Source of the DNA: the human T2T-CHM13v2.0 reference genome, Homo sapiens
Direction: 5' to 3' (one strand)
Assembly: GCF_009914755.1 (NCBI RefSeq)
Contig: NC_060935.1
Length of the DNA stretch: 64,000 bases
This document shows, in pieces, positions 15,231 to 34,654 of the stretch. Each line of letters opens with the position of its first letter. The first letter of the stretch is position 1. The notes beneath the pieces were generated by a model. It saw nothing but the letters and a program-made list of their open reading frames with translations, was not told the DNA's origin and searched no databases. The translations under genes and the position numbers were made by a program.

Positions 15231-15381
15231 TTGTTGTTGTTAGTGCCATATCCAAGTGTCACTCTTCAGAGCATGAATGGGGGTGCCCGAGGGACTTGGG
15301 TGGGGGAGTGAGGAGACAAACATAAAGAAGACATCTAGGGAAGGGAAGAACCGGAATGGAATAATCGAGATGTGTTTGCAT

Positions 15382-15382
<1 letters not shown>

Positions 15383-15434
<52 letters not shown>

Positions 15435-15437
15435 CGC
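15383..15437. repeat. (TG)~21(CG)~5 alternating purine-pyrimidine microsatellite
   Basis: 55 bp of uninterrupted RY alternation. Confidence 0.95.
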
Positions 15438-15543
15438 CTGCGGAGGTGGGTGGCAAGGATCCAGAAGGGGAGCCCACCCCTTCTTCCGAGCTCAGCTCTG
15501 GGGAGCCGGGCGCTCAGGCTCGCCAGGCTGCAAAGAGAGCTGA

Positions 15544-16623
<1,080 letters not shown>

Positions 16624-17205
16624 GGGGCGCCGCCCGCGGGGCGGACGCGCGCGTCCGCGGTCCGCGCGGGGACCGGCGTGTGAACCCCGAGAGTGCCCGC
16701 GCCCTGCTCCCGGGGGACCCGCAAGGACCCGGGACCGCCGCTCCTCGCGCGCTCGGACTCCCGCCCCGCTGCGAACCGGTCGGTGCGCCCCTCGCCGCGC
16801 TCGCCCTGGCCCGGGAGCGCCGGGAGCGGGGCCGCTTTCCTCGTCCTTGTAAATGTTTATTTTTTAACTCTTCCCAGTGCGAACTCTGCTGTGAGTGTGT
16901 GCGGGGAGGCGCGCCCGCGCTGAGTCGGCGGCGGGTAGCCACTCCATGCCCTTGTCCGATGGTTTGCAACTCCGATTTTGCACACCGCTCCACCGTGCCC
17001 CCCAGCGCACACCCATTCACACTCACGCCAACACTCTCGCTGAACACTTTTATAATTGTTAGGCGTGGCCGTTGGGACTTTGGGCGCAGCGCGGCTGCTA
17101 CTGCGTCTGGAGGATTGATATTTATTTTTGCATTGCGATGGCTGAAGGCATTTATTTAACGATCTTTTTACCTGGATATGTCTGTGAGGCTCCTGAAAGG
17201 AGACA

Positions 17206-17211
17206 AATAAA
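17206..17211 (+). terminator. Polyadenylation signal of C11orf96
   Basis: AATAAA after an AU-rich 3'UTR, followed by CA dinucleotides and U-rich sequence. Confidence 0.85.
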
Positions 17212-18283
17212 GTCAATATATTTGCACAGTGCAGTTTTCCAGGCTCTTGACTTTTTGCACCTTCGGGGTCCAGGCTCCCAAGACTCGGGGAGGTGGGGGA
17301 GGAGGTGGCAGGGGGATGTCGGACCAGGGAGCCGGGAGTGGAGCTACCTCCACAAGCTTCGGTCACCGGAACGAGGTTGCGCCACCGGTGCGCGGGTCGG
17401 TTGCCTGCCTCCCCAAGTGGATCCACCCCCGGTCCAGTGTGCTCCTGCGTCCCTGGTCTATTCCCCATCGCCGGCATCCGGGCTGAAGTGAAGCCGCAGG
17501 AGGGGCGGAGGCAGAGCTGACGATGGAGAGCTCTCTCCTCCGTACAGTTCACTTCCCAGAGCTGGGGTCAGGGTCCTCGCCCCGCACCCGCCACAGAAGA
17601 CGCATCTCCCTCTGCGCTGATTCCTGGCGGCGGGTGGGGAGATGTCGGAGCCAGCAATGCGAGATGTTTGGGCGTTGGGACCCGAGAGTGGGCTGGAGGC
17701 CAGCCTGGGTTGGTCGAGAGTGTGGGTGCGCGCTCGCTGTCGCGGGCAGGTGACTCCCTGACCGCAGTTGACTCAGCGCAGTGCCTGGCGCTCCTGCGCT
17801 GCGGGGGAAACCGCGGCCGCTATGTCTCCAGCCGTTCTCTGCGCCCCGCAGGGTTCCTCCAGGAGGGTGGGGCATGTCTTTGGTTAGAGCCTGAAGGGCA
17901 CCTGGGTACCATCGAGTCCTTCCCTTCTCCCCGCCCCTGCCTTTGTTTACATATGAGAAAACAAGCCTAGGGTAACAGGGAGAGGAGCGCCCCCAGTTCT
18001 CCGCACTCCTGGTCCAGGACTCTTGCACCGCAGGAGTTTGTCTTTCCAGTGCTCTTCAGCCACTTCCCGAATCCCTGTCTGCTTCCTAAATCCTCTGGTT
18101 TAGCAGTGTGGCAGGGCCACCTGGCTGCAGATGGCCACCAAGGTAACAAACTACATTTGGTTGAGCCGGGCAGGTCCCCACACTGGGGCCCTCTCCCAGA
18201 CCCTCCCTCCAGGATTACTCCAGGGCTGACCCACCCTGACAGGTTTAGGGCTCCTGCTCCGGTTGCGGCGTCTCTGTGCTCGG

Positions 18284-18297
18284 GCGCCCTCTGGTGG
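18284..18297 (-). promoter_or_regulatory. CTCF core motif
   Basis: Reverse complement CCACCAGAGGGCGC matches the CTCF core consensus; not in a recognisable repeat. Confidence 0.65.
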
Positions 18298-18913
18298 TGG
18301 GGCTGGTGCGTGGGGGTCAGGAATCTCTAGGAGATACCCAGTCTCTCAGCTGCAGCGCAGAGCTCTGGAGAAGACAGCAGAGGAAATGAAACAAAGAAAC
18401 AAAAATGGAACTACAGGGCCGGAGAGGGTGTTCTTCCCTCGGCTCAGAGAGAGCACAGGCTATGGCCTTGGTGGCTGTAGTATTTGGCCCGTGTCCCAGT
18501 CCCTGAGAACACGCTGGCCCAACAACGGGTTCCACTGTGGTGGGGTATCATGGCAGGAGACTCTTAACCTGCAAAGGCCTCAGAGATGTGAGGCCACTGT
18601 GGGTCGATGCTTTATTCCAGCCAGGGCAGCTGCCACCACTGGACTAGTTTGAGCTCCACGGAGTGGGAGGAACTTCCTCTGAGCCCAGCCTCATTCTCTT
18701 CTCTCTCCAAAGAAACTCCCTGAGGACAGAGGGGCGGACTCCACATCCTGTGCCCCTCTCTCTGTCTTACCTCTTCGGCAGCAGCTCCTCTTTCTACTCT
18801 TCAGGAGCTAGATGTCCCAAGTGTCTGGAAGACCTTCCAGTGGGCTTCTAGACCCTTCAGGCCTGAGATCCTCCCCTCTGCATAGCCTTCTCTCGCGGAA
18901 GAACCTCCTTCTC

Positions 18914-19223
18914 AGCCGGGCAGTGAACGCCTGTAATCCCAGTACTTTGGGAGGCCTAGGTGGGCAGATCGCTTGAGCCCAGGAGTTCGAGACCAGCCTG
19001 GGCAACATGGTGAAATCCTATCTCTACAAAAAAAAAAAAAAAAATTAGCCGGACGTGGTGGTGCACACCTGTGTTCCCAGCTATTCAGGAGGCTGAGGGG
19101 AGAGGATCACCTGAGCCCAGGGAGGTGGAGGCTGCAGTGAGCAGTAATTGCGGCACTGCACTCCAGTGTGGGTGACAGAGTGAGACCCTGTCTGAAAAAA
19201 CAGAAACAACAAACAAACAAAAA
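18914..19223 (+). mobile_element. AluJ-like
   Basis: Sense Alu; TSD aagaacctcct. Confidence 0.9.
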
Positions 19224-19355
19224 GAACCTCCTGCTGCCTTCAGCCCCTACCTGAAGGGTCTCCTTGGGTTACCCCAGCCAACAACAGAGGTTATTGAGGG
19301 GACCATATTCCCTGCTCAGCTGTGGGCAGGCCCAGCACTGAGTAGGTGCTTCTGA

Positions 19356-19756
<401 letters not shown>

Positions 19757-20317
19757 TAAGTTATTCTTGTAATTTTTTATTGCCCTAGAAATATTTGTTT
19801 ATTATAATACAAAACAAGTCAGTCATATTCCCACCACCCAGAGATAAATAAGTTAACATTTTGGAGGTGATGCCTATATATGCATGTTTATTTTCTTTTA
19901 CCAAATGAGTTTGTATTCTACATGCTATTTTTCAACCTGCTTTTTAAATTAATTGGATTTGCATTTAGTATCAGTATGCATCGATCCACATCATAGCTTT
20001 TCATAAATTCTATTGAATAGATACTCCATATTTAATTAAGTGAATGCCCCACTATTTAGTATAAAAGTGATGTCTTATTTGTCCCAGTTTCTTAGTTTTC
20101 CCACAAACGGGTAGTTCTAAGGGTTGATGTGGAGAGAAGCCTGATAGAAGCCGTGTCCCAGAGAGGCAGAGGGAGGGAGTTTGGGATGCTGCAGTATTAG
20201 AGGGATCAGGCTGGTCCTGGAAAGCCATGGCCCATGGGCTACATGGGGGTTGCTCTCTGGTTCTGAACATCTCTGCCCTGCACAGAGGAAGGAGGGCAGA
20301 CTGGAGGGTAGGGAGCT

Positions 20318-20721
20318 TGTGTTAGTCCGTTCTGTGTTGCTATAAGGGAATATCTGAGCTAGGTAATTTGTAAAGGAAAGAGAATTATTTGGCTCACAGT
20401 TCTGCAGGCTATACAAGCATGGCACCAACATCTTCTTCTGGTGAGGCCTTGAGAAGCTTCCACTCATGGTGGAAGGTGGAGGGGGAGCAGGCATGTCACA
20501 TGGCCAGAGAGGGAGCAAGAGGGAGGCCAGAGTCTTTTAAGCAAGCAGCTCTCCCGTGAACCAACAGAGGGAGAACTCACACATTGCCGTGGGGAGGGCA
20601 CTAGCCATTCATGACGGATCCACCCTTATGACCCAAACGCTTCTGACCAGGCCCCGCCTCCAACACTGGGGGTCACATTTCAACATGAAATTTGGAGGGG
20701 ACAAACATCCAAATCATATCA
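20318..20721 (-). mobile_element. MST-family MaLR solo LTR
   Basis: tgtgttagtcc...catatca termini; TSD gagct/gaggt. Confidence 0.85.
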
Positions 20722-21790
20722 GAGGTCCTACCAGGCCCCTATGCAACGGCGGGGGCTCAGCTCCTCCCTGTGCTCACAGGCATTCCAAGGTGGCACGCAG
20801 CTCCAAGGAGAGGCAGGCTGGGGCCGGCTGGGCTGGGCCAGATATTAGAAGAGGAGGGAAGAGTGGGCAAGACATGCAATGAAGGAGCAAGAGAGAGCAA
20901 GAGTCAGAAAGAGGTGGAGAGGAAGGAGGTCCCTCAGGGAGACAGGAAAACTCAGTGACAGAGAGAAGGCAATGGAAAGAGAAAGAGATGCAGGGGAATA
21001 GGATCAGGAGCCAGAGGATGTTGGATTTTGAGAGACAGAAGGATAAAGGCCCCCCTGGGAGATGGAGAGACACTGAGACAGGGAAAGAGAGAGAGAGAGA
21101 CCCACAGGGGTAGGAAGGAGGGAAGGAGAATAGGAAGAAGGGTTCCTGGATAATGGGGCTCAGAGGAGAGAGAAGACAGGAGCCCGGGCATCTGAAAGAG
21201 CTGTGGAGCAGGCATGAGCTGGGTGGGTGGATGACTGCCCAGCTGGCTGGATTTATAGGCCTGTCCAAGGAGTCACCTCTGTCCTTCCCCTCCCTGCCTG
21301 GGCTTCAGCCTGCAGTCCTAGCCTGGGTGATGAGTTTTCAAACAGGCTGGAGCCCAGACCAGGCAGAGGTAATAGGTGGCCATCCCAGCTCTGGCCAACA
21401 GCCAGCTAAACATTTCTCTCTGGCCCTGGGGGAGATGTTTAGCAGAGAGTTCCTTTTGCTGATTTAAAAGCCATCTTGGCTTTTGCAGCCCACTGTGTGG
21501 CAGGGCTCTAGAGGGAAGGGCTGCCCATGATCCCAGGGAATTGAGGTCAGCTATGGACTTCAGCTCTCCCTCCTGAAGCACATTTGGGGTAGGCCTTAGG
21601 CCCTTTGGCCTCTGGAAAAATAGCAGAGGGGATAAAGGCCACCATTCAGTGAGCACCTCCGCTCAACACTCTACTTTCATCCTGATAAAGTTTCTCAGGC
21701 ATTTTACAGGTGAGAAAACTGAAGCTCAGAGGGGTTAATTTTCTTGACCAATGCTACACAGATAGTCAGGGGTGAGCTGGGTTGCAACCC

Positions 21791-22087
21791 TTTATTTATT
21801 TATTTATTTATTTGAGACAGAATCTCCCTCTGTCACCCAGGCTGGAGCGCAGTGGAGCAATCTTGGCTCACTGCAACCTCTGCTTCCCAGGCTCAAGTGA
21901 TCCTCCCACTTCAGCTTCCTGAGTAGTCAGCACTAGAGGCATGCACCACCACACTTGACTATTTTTTAAATTTTTTGTTGAGATGGGGTCTCCCTATATG
22001 GCACAGGCTGGTCTTGAACTCCTGGGCTCAAGCAACCCTCCCACCTCAGCCTCCCAAAGTGATGAGATTACAGGTGTGAGTTACTTC
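21791..22087 (-). mobile_element. AluJ inserted in a MIR
   Basis: Antisense Alu with (TTTA)n tail. Confidence 0.88.
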
Positions 22088-22717
22088 TCACTGTAACCCC
22101 CTGTGGCACAGCCATGAGACTGGGCTTGGCAGCTTTCCTGCTACAGGGAGTGTAACTGACCAGCAGGTGCTCTGGGTTTGAATCTATTGCCTTCTTTGAC
22201 TGAGGCTGAACCCCCCTAGGGGCTGCTCCCTGCAAACATATGCATAGCTGGAATACTGAGGCAGAACTGTGCTTGGGAGATATGAGATTTCTTTGTTGTG
22301 GTCTTTGGTTCAGAGATTCCCTAATGGCTCTGCTGAAGCTGTTTGAGCCTGCAGCATGATTGATGGACAACCACTCTCAGGGCCAGATTTGCATAGTGGC
22401 CTGCAGGCCCTCCCAGTCTTCCCAGCTCCTTCTGTGTGACTGCACACAGGCATGACTCCTTTTCAGATCCTCGCACATTTCATCCCATCATGGTGTCTGC
22501 TTCCTGGAGAACCTGGGCTGGCACCCCCCTCCAACTCCCAGCAGCTTCCTGGTGCTTCCATGCCTTCTTGGCACAGGGGAGGGTGGTGGGCACCATTTTG
22601 GGAAGAACTGCAGGGAGATAGCAAATTTTACCAAACAGATCTGTGTTACAACGGTCTGCTGGGCCTGCATCTCTGCATGGGGAATAAGCACAGAGTGGCC
22701 TCTGTGTACCTATAGGG

Positions 22718-23713
<996 letters not shown>

Positions 23714-25036
23714 AGGGCAAGTGGGTGAGGGACTCCCACATAGACTCTCATCCTTTCAGTCTGTCTATGCCAAAGGCATATTGACTCATAAAGGCCATCT
23801 GGCCATTCAGCTCCCAGTCCCGTGGTAGAGTGCTAATTTTTCACCAACATTGATTTTTCCCTTCCTCCAGGGCATGCAGCCAATGTATACATCCCAGATT
23901 CTCTTGTGTGGTCTTAAGATAGTGGGTGTACCAGTCCCTCCCTACCGGTATTCTCTTTCTCCTTCCCACAAGGGGGCACAGGGATGTGCCTACAACCCAG
24001 CGGGATGATCAAGCCCACAAGCCCAATGGCCTAGGGGATGCCAGAGAAACAAGATGGAAGGATCCCAGATCCCTGAATGACCTTGTGGAGCCGAACAGCC
24101 TGTGAGTCAGGAGTGATCACCTTGGACTATCACAGCTGAGGGTGCACACTTCTGTATTCTCTGAGCCACTGAATCCTTGTTGGATGTCTTTAGCAGCCTT
24201 TCCCTACCACAAATAAGCAGAAATTAGTACAATCCTGGTAGTGTGGTGCTGTCTTGACAAAAACTCTAAAACATAAGGCATTGACTTAGAGATTTTCCTG
24301 CATGCAGGAAGGGTACACATATTGTAGTTTGGAAAGTTGAAGACCCTTGTTATCCCTGGGAAAAGCATCTGGTAAAAACCATTTTTATGACATTGTGGAA
24401 AAGCAATCCTGAGTCAACCAAGCCCATAGCACTAAGAAGTGGTTGGAAAGAGCTAGAATATTAATATGCATTGGCTGCTCTTTGTGGCTTTTAGCAAATT
24501 ATTCCAAGAAAGTCAGGAGAGATAGAAAGTCATAGAGAGAACCTAGAAACCTGGGGCCTTACAGAAGCAAAAGCCACCTGCCTTTATAATCCAAAGAGTG
24601 GGAGTTCTGTTGTTGCTTAGCCTTTCTCCAAGGCCACCCAAGGAGCCCAGTGAAAGCTCCAGCCCTGGAGCCAGGCTAGATGAATGGTGTTATCTTCCCA
24701 CTCCAATCTATTGTTTTAGAATAGCCCCAAGGTAGCTGGGAATTAAAATGGGCCAGCTGGGCCAGAGCAGGAAACAAAGTAATAAAGCAGGCTCCAGACC
24801 TCTGGGGAGAAGACATCTTTGGATGTGGTTATTGGCACCTGGAACTGTCCGGAAGCACAAAGACCAGAAGCCTTTTAAGTATTTGAGGGAATTTGATTGC
24901 CAAGAAAACCAGGAATAGCAATGAATGATTATGATGGTTTGACCCCCCAAAGCAACCCCCAAAGAGGCCAGATCTTTTTTAAAAAATGCGTAATATGTAG
25001 TATGTAATGTAGAAGCTGTAACAGGGGTTGTTATTA

Positions 25037-26144
<1,108 letters not shown>

Positions 26145-26388
26145 AAGAGGCCAGAGCATTTAATAGTCACTTTGCTGCAGATGTGGCCACACAGGATGAT
26201 GGGAAAAGGAGGATCTCCCAGAACCGGGTTGGCCATATTTGCCAACTGAGGAACCTCCTCTGCCAGAGCGAGGTCCTCATCGTTGCTGCCAGGAGGATCT
26301 GCCTGTTGCTATGCACAGTGACTGCTGAGTGTTTCCATTGTTTACTTTTCCAGATGGACATTTTTATTGTGGTTTTCCTATCCCTGTC

Positions 26389-27316
<928 letters not shown>

Positions 27317-27543
27317 TGTCCACAGCTGTATTGGGATGTGCAAGGTGACGGGAAGGGGTGGTGGGAACAGGTGACTTGTCGTGCAGTTTCTATGTCACGG
27401 GACCATGAGGAGCCACATGTGGCTCTGGAGAGGACTTTCACTCTCTGATATCCTGTGCTTTGACCTGGAATTGTAAGTAGATGGGATTGGGGGTTGACTT
27501 CCTTGGAGATGAGCAAATGTGTTTTGTTATGGGATGAAGTATC

Positions 27544-28443
<900 letters not shown>

Positions 28444-28718
28444 ACATAAATAGCTGGTAGCGAGTCAGGTGACTACAGTGAAGACTGCTAATGGTCCACA
28501 AAAGTCAATTTTCTGCACCTCCCTTGGCACAAAGCTAGACTAAACCCCTCAGCCTCCTTCCTTTGCAACCAGCGTGGTCATGGACTGTCTTATTCCATTT
28601 GTGCTCCTATAACTAAATACCCTAGACTAGTAATTTATAAAGAGCAGAAATTTATTTCTTACCATTCTGGAGTCTGGGAAGTCTAAAGTCAAAGTGGCTG
28701 CAGGATTGGTGTGACAAC

Positions 28719-30071
<1,353 letters not shown>

Positions 30072-30393
30072 CAACCAAAATGAGTGACTGAGACAATTGA
30101 CTGTTTCAATCAATTGAGGTTTATTGAGCCAGCTTGAGGGCATGCCTGGGAAAAATGCGAGTCACAGATGCATCTGTGGCTGTTTTTTTTCCCAAAGAGC
30201 CTCCCAGGTGGTTTAGTATTTATACATTTTTCTTAAAAGAGGGGTGGGGCACAGCAGTGAGGTGAATGGTTTCCTACATGTGAGACTTAGTGCCCAGTGA
30301 ATCTATATTTTACATAAGATAAGGTGAAGGTTTGAAGAAAAACGGGATAGAGGCAGCAGAACATCTCAGGGAGGGCGAAGGAACAATCCATCT

Positions 30394-32001
30394 TGTAAAC
30401 CAAAAAGTATCTGAGATAGGTCTTGATGAATTTAGAGGTTTACTTTTGCCAAGGTTAAGGACCATGGCCATTGATACAGCCTCAGGAGAGCCTGAGAACA
30501 TGTCTCCAAGGTGGTTGGGTTACAGCTTGGCTTTATACATTTTAGGGAGACAGAAGTTACAAGCAAAAACATAAATCAATGCATGGAAAGTATCCATTAG
30601 TTCAGTCCAGAAAGTTAGGATATCTCAAAGTGGGGTGGGGTGGGAGGAGGGGGGTTCCAGGTCACAGGTGGATTCAAAGATTTCCTGATTGGTAATTGGT
30701 TAAAAGAGTTAAGCTTTGCCTGAAGAGTCTGAAGTCAATATAAAGAAATGCTTAAGATAGGGGTTGTGGAAGCCAAGGTGCTTATGATGTAGATGAATCC
30801 TCTAGGTAGCAGGCTTCAGAGGGAATAGATGGTAAATGCCTCTTATCAGACCTTAAAAGGCGTCAGACTCTCTGGAAAAGACCTAGGAAGGGAAGGAGAT
30901 TCTCTATAGATGCAAATTTCCACAACATCAGACAGTTTGCAGGGCCATTTCAAAATATGACAAAGAACTATATTTTGGAATAAAATACTTTGATTTCCTT
31001 CAGGCCCTGCTCTCTGTCATGTGATTCTATACCAGAGTCAGGTTGGAATTTGGTATCTTACTGCTACAAAGAGTGTTTTGTCAGTCTTATGATCTGTTTT
31101 CATGTTAATGCTGGTCAGTTGTGCCTAAGCTCCAAAGGGAGGGGGTGTAACAAGGCATGTGTGACCGCCCCCCCAACAACTTCCCGTCATGGCCGGAACT
31201 AGTTTTTCAGGTTTCTTTGGAATCCCCTTGGTCAAGCGGGGGGTCCAGTGGAAACTGCCTTTGCAAAAATCATAACTGAGAAAATTATGGCAGTAAAAGA
31301 TATCAGACCTAACTGACCCATCTTGCTTCTAACCTCTGAACTGTCCTTGTTCATTCCTGGGCATAGGCCAAATTAGCTTTGGAAAGGAATTTAGTGTATA
31401 GTTTATATAATAGCCCTTCCCAAAAGGCTAAATTGTTCTTGTAAAACAAATGAAAGGCCACCAGCCACCAGGTCAAGATGAGAGGGGCTGGAATTCTAAA
31501 TTTTACCAGCGATTATTCAGGAGGTCATAAGATTTGCAACTTCCCTAATTACTCTTGAAGGTAACATCACTATTGTGAACCTAAGATGGGCCTTTTGGGA
31601 TGTCTTTTCAGGTTTTTCATTTCTCACAACCAGATGGCCCCACCTGGACCTGCCAACTGGTTCTATGGCCCCCACCCAGGAACTGACTCAGCAGAAGAGA
31701 ACAGCTTCGACTCCCTATGAGTTCATCCTCAAGCCAACCAATCAGCACTCCTGATTCACTGGCCCCCTACCCACCAAATTATCCTGAAAGACTCTGATCC
31801 CCAAGTTTTCAGGGAGACTGATTTGAGAGGTGATAAAACTCTGGTCTCCTGCACAGCTGCCTCTGCATGAATTACTCTTTCTCTATTGCAATTCCCCTGT
31901 CTTGATAAATTGACTCTGTCTAGGCAGCAGGCAATGTGAACCCCTTGGGCAGTTACACATTCAGTCTATCGGAGGGCTTACAATTTTATTTTTGGTTTAC
32001 A
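30394..32001 (-). mobile_element. MER4-family LTR split by LTR8
   Basis: tgtaaaccaaaaagtatctgagataggtc...ttggtttaca; TSD atct at 30390-30393 and 32002-32005. Confidence 0.8.
31250..31957 (+). mobile_element. LTR8 solo LTR
   Basis: gaaactgcctttgcaaaaatcataactgag...ggcagttaca; TSD cagt/catt. Confidence 0.82.
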
Positions 32002-33716
32002 ATCTCATCTTTGTTCTGCACCTGGGAGGATAAGCTGGTGATTGGCATCATCAGTGTGGAGTCTTTTGAAAAAGCAGGTTTCTGTTCAGCCCTTAGGGAA
32101 GAAAGTCTAAGGCAGTTTTCAACCTCCTATCCTGTCATGGCCATGAACTCAGCTTCCAGGCTTTCTCTGAGGTGCCCTTGGCCAACAGGGGGTCAACTGG
32201 GGGCTTAGAATTTTATTTTGGTTTCTCAAGTATCTGGTGAGGTCTGTTTTCTGCTTCCAAGATGGCGTCCTGTTGCTCCATCCTTTGGAGGGGATGAACA
32301 CATGGCAGAAGGTAGAAGGGCAGAAAAGGGCCCAAGCTAGTTCCCTCCAGCCCTTTTATAAGGCACTAATCCATCCATGAAGGTGGAGCCCTCATGATTT
32401 AATCAATTCAATTCCCAAAGGCCTCCCCTTTTCATACCACCACAGTGGGCATTACATGTCAATGTGAATTTTGGAGAAGACACAATCAAACCACAGCACG
32501 CGCCTAGGTTCTCCCCAGTGGAATGGGCGAGCCGGCGATGCACACCACACTGGCCTAGGCCTGCAGACTGTGAGCATGTTGCTCCCATGTGCTTGTTCTT
32601 GCCAAAAGACAGAACAGGGCCATATCCATGGCCTGACGTTGACCAAGCAGGAGGAAATGCCTAGAGATCCTCATGACATTGAGCTGCCTGTGGATGTGGA
32701 ATGTGGCCTCAAGATGGACTGCTAGCTGCGAGAGAAATTAACTTCTGCCTTCCTTCCAAACCAGTGCATTCCTGCTGGGTCTCTTGATTATAGCAGTTGG
32801 AATTAGCCTAACTGATGCAAAGCCATTTCCCTCAGTCTACGTCCAACCAGGAGGATGTTCCCTGTCAGCAGTGGGGGATGGGGAGTGATGCAAGAGACAC
32901 AGGAAGAGTCCTGGGCTGGGACTGGGCAGTGCCAGACCCTAGCCCTGGCTCTACTCTGCCCTTGCTGTCTTGCTTTCAACAAACAATTTCCCCTCTCCTT
33001 CCCTGAGGGCCCTCCCAGCTTTAAGTCCTGGTAAACCTATCCTAGAATCCTGGCCCTCAGGGAGATTCAGGCAGGCAGGGTTTGTAGAGACCAGGCATTC
33101 AGCCTCCTTCATGCATGAATGGGGAAACAGAGGCAGAACCTTCTCTGAGACCACAGCACCCCCACCCCATTCCTCTTCCCGCACTTGGGGAGAGTCCCAG
33201 AAGCTCTGGGCTGGACTGTGGTGTGCTGAATAATTCACGCCAGACTCAAAATAACAGCCTGAGCCCCAACCCACAGGAGGCTTGGGACCCCCTTCAATGT
33301 GCCGCTGCCCCACAGCCCTGCTCCGGCCCCCACCAGGAGCTTTTTGGGACCAGCTGGGTGGTTTTTAGGTAAACTCTGACCTCCCTTCTGGTCTTCTAGG
33401 GGGCATTCGGACAGTGCTACCCACTTCCACCATTGCCCAGGATGTGTGAGACATTCCAGGAGAGGCTGGCACCCAGGAGACTGCTATCCCTAGCCCCATG
33501 TACCATAACACCCATCTTATTGTCTGTCATATGTGTTCTGAGGTTTATCAATTAGCTGTCTTTAGTCTGCCATGGAATGCCAACCCCATAGAAAGTGGCT
33601 GAGTCCACTGAACTTGTTTTGGGCCATTCCTTTTTTCTTTAATTTATTTTTATAGATATTTAAGGCTATGGCTTTTCCTCCAAGTACTGCTTTCACTATA
33701 TTTGATTTTTACTGCC

Positions 33717-34013
33717 TTTTTCGTTTGTTTGTTTGGAGACAGAGTCTCACTCTGTCACCCAGGCTGGAGTGCGGTGGCATTATCTCAGCTCACTGCAACC
33801 TCTGCCTCATGGTTTCAAGTGATTCTCCTCAGCCTCCCGAGTAGCTGGAATTACAGGCGTGCACTACCATGCCTGGCTAATTTTTGTATTTTTAGCAGAG
33901 ATGAGGTTTCACCATGTTGGCCAGGCTGGTCTCGAACTCCTGACCTCAAGTGATCTGCTCACCTCGGCCTCCCAAAGTGCTGGGCTTACAGGCATGAGCT
34001 ATCATGCCCAGCC
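33717..34013 (-). mobile_element. AluS
   Basis: Antisense Alu; flanking repeat tttttactgc. Confidence 0.9.
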
Positions 34014-34078
34014 TGTTTTTTACTGCTTTAAAGCAATACTGCAGTTTGTCTTTCCTCTTTGACCCAAAAGTTGTTTAA

Positions 34079-34456
<378 letters not shown>

Positions 34457-34654
34457 TAGTTTTTAATTTATTTTTCTTTAATTTCATTGTGGCCAGATGT
34501 TTTCTATAGTACCTTTTATCTTTTTGGGACATTGTTGAGATTATTCTTTGTGACTGAAAATTTCATGGCCACATGAAGATATGGTGTGCTTACTCTTTTC
34601 CTGTGTCAAGTCTGCCCAATAAATTATATTATTAAATATTAATGGCCTCTGTAT

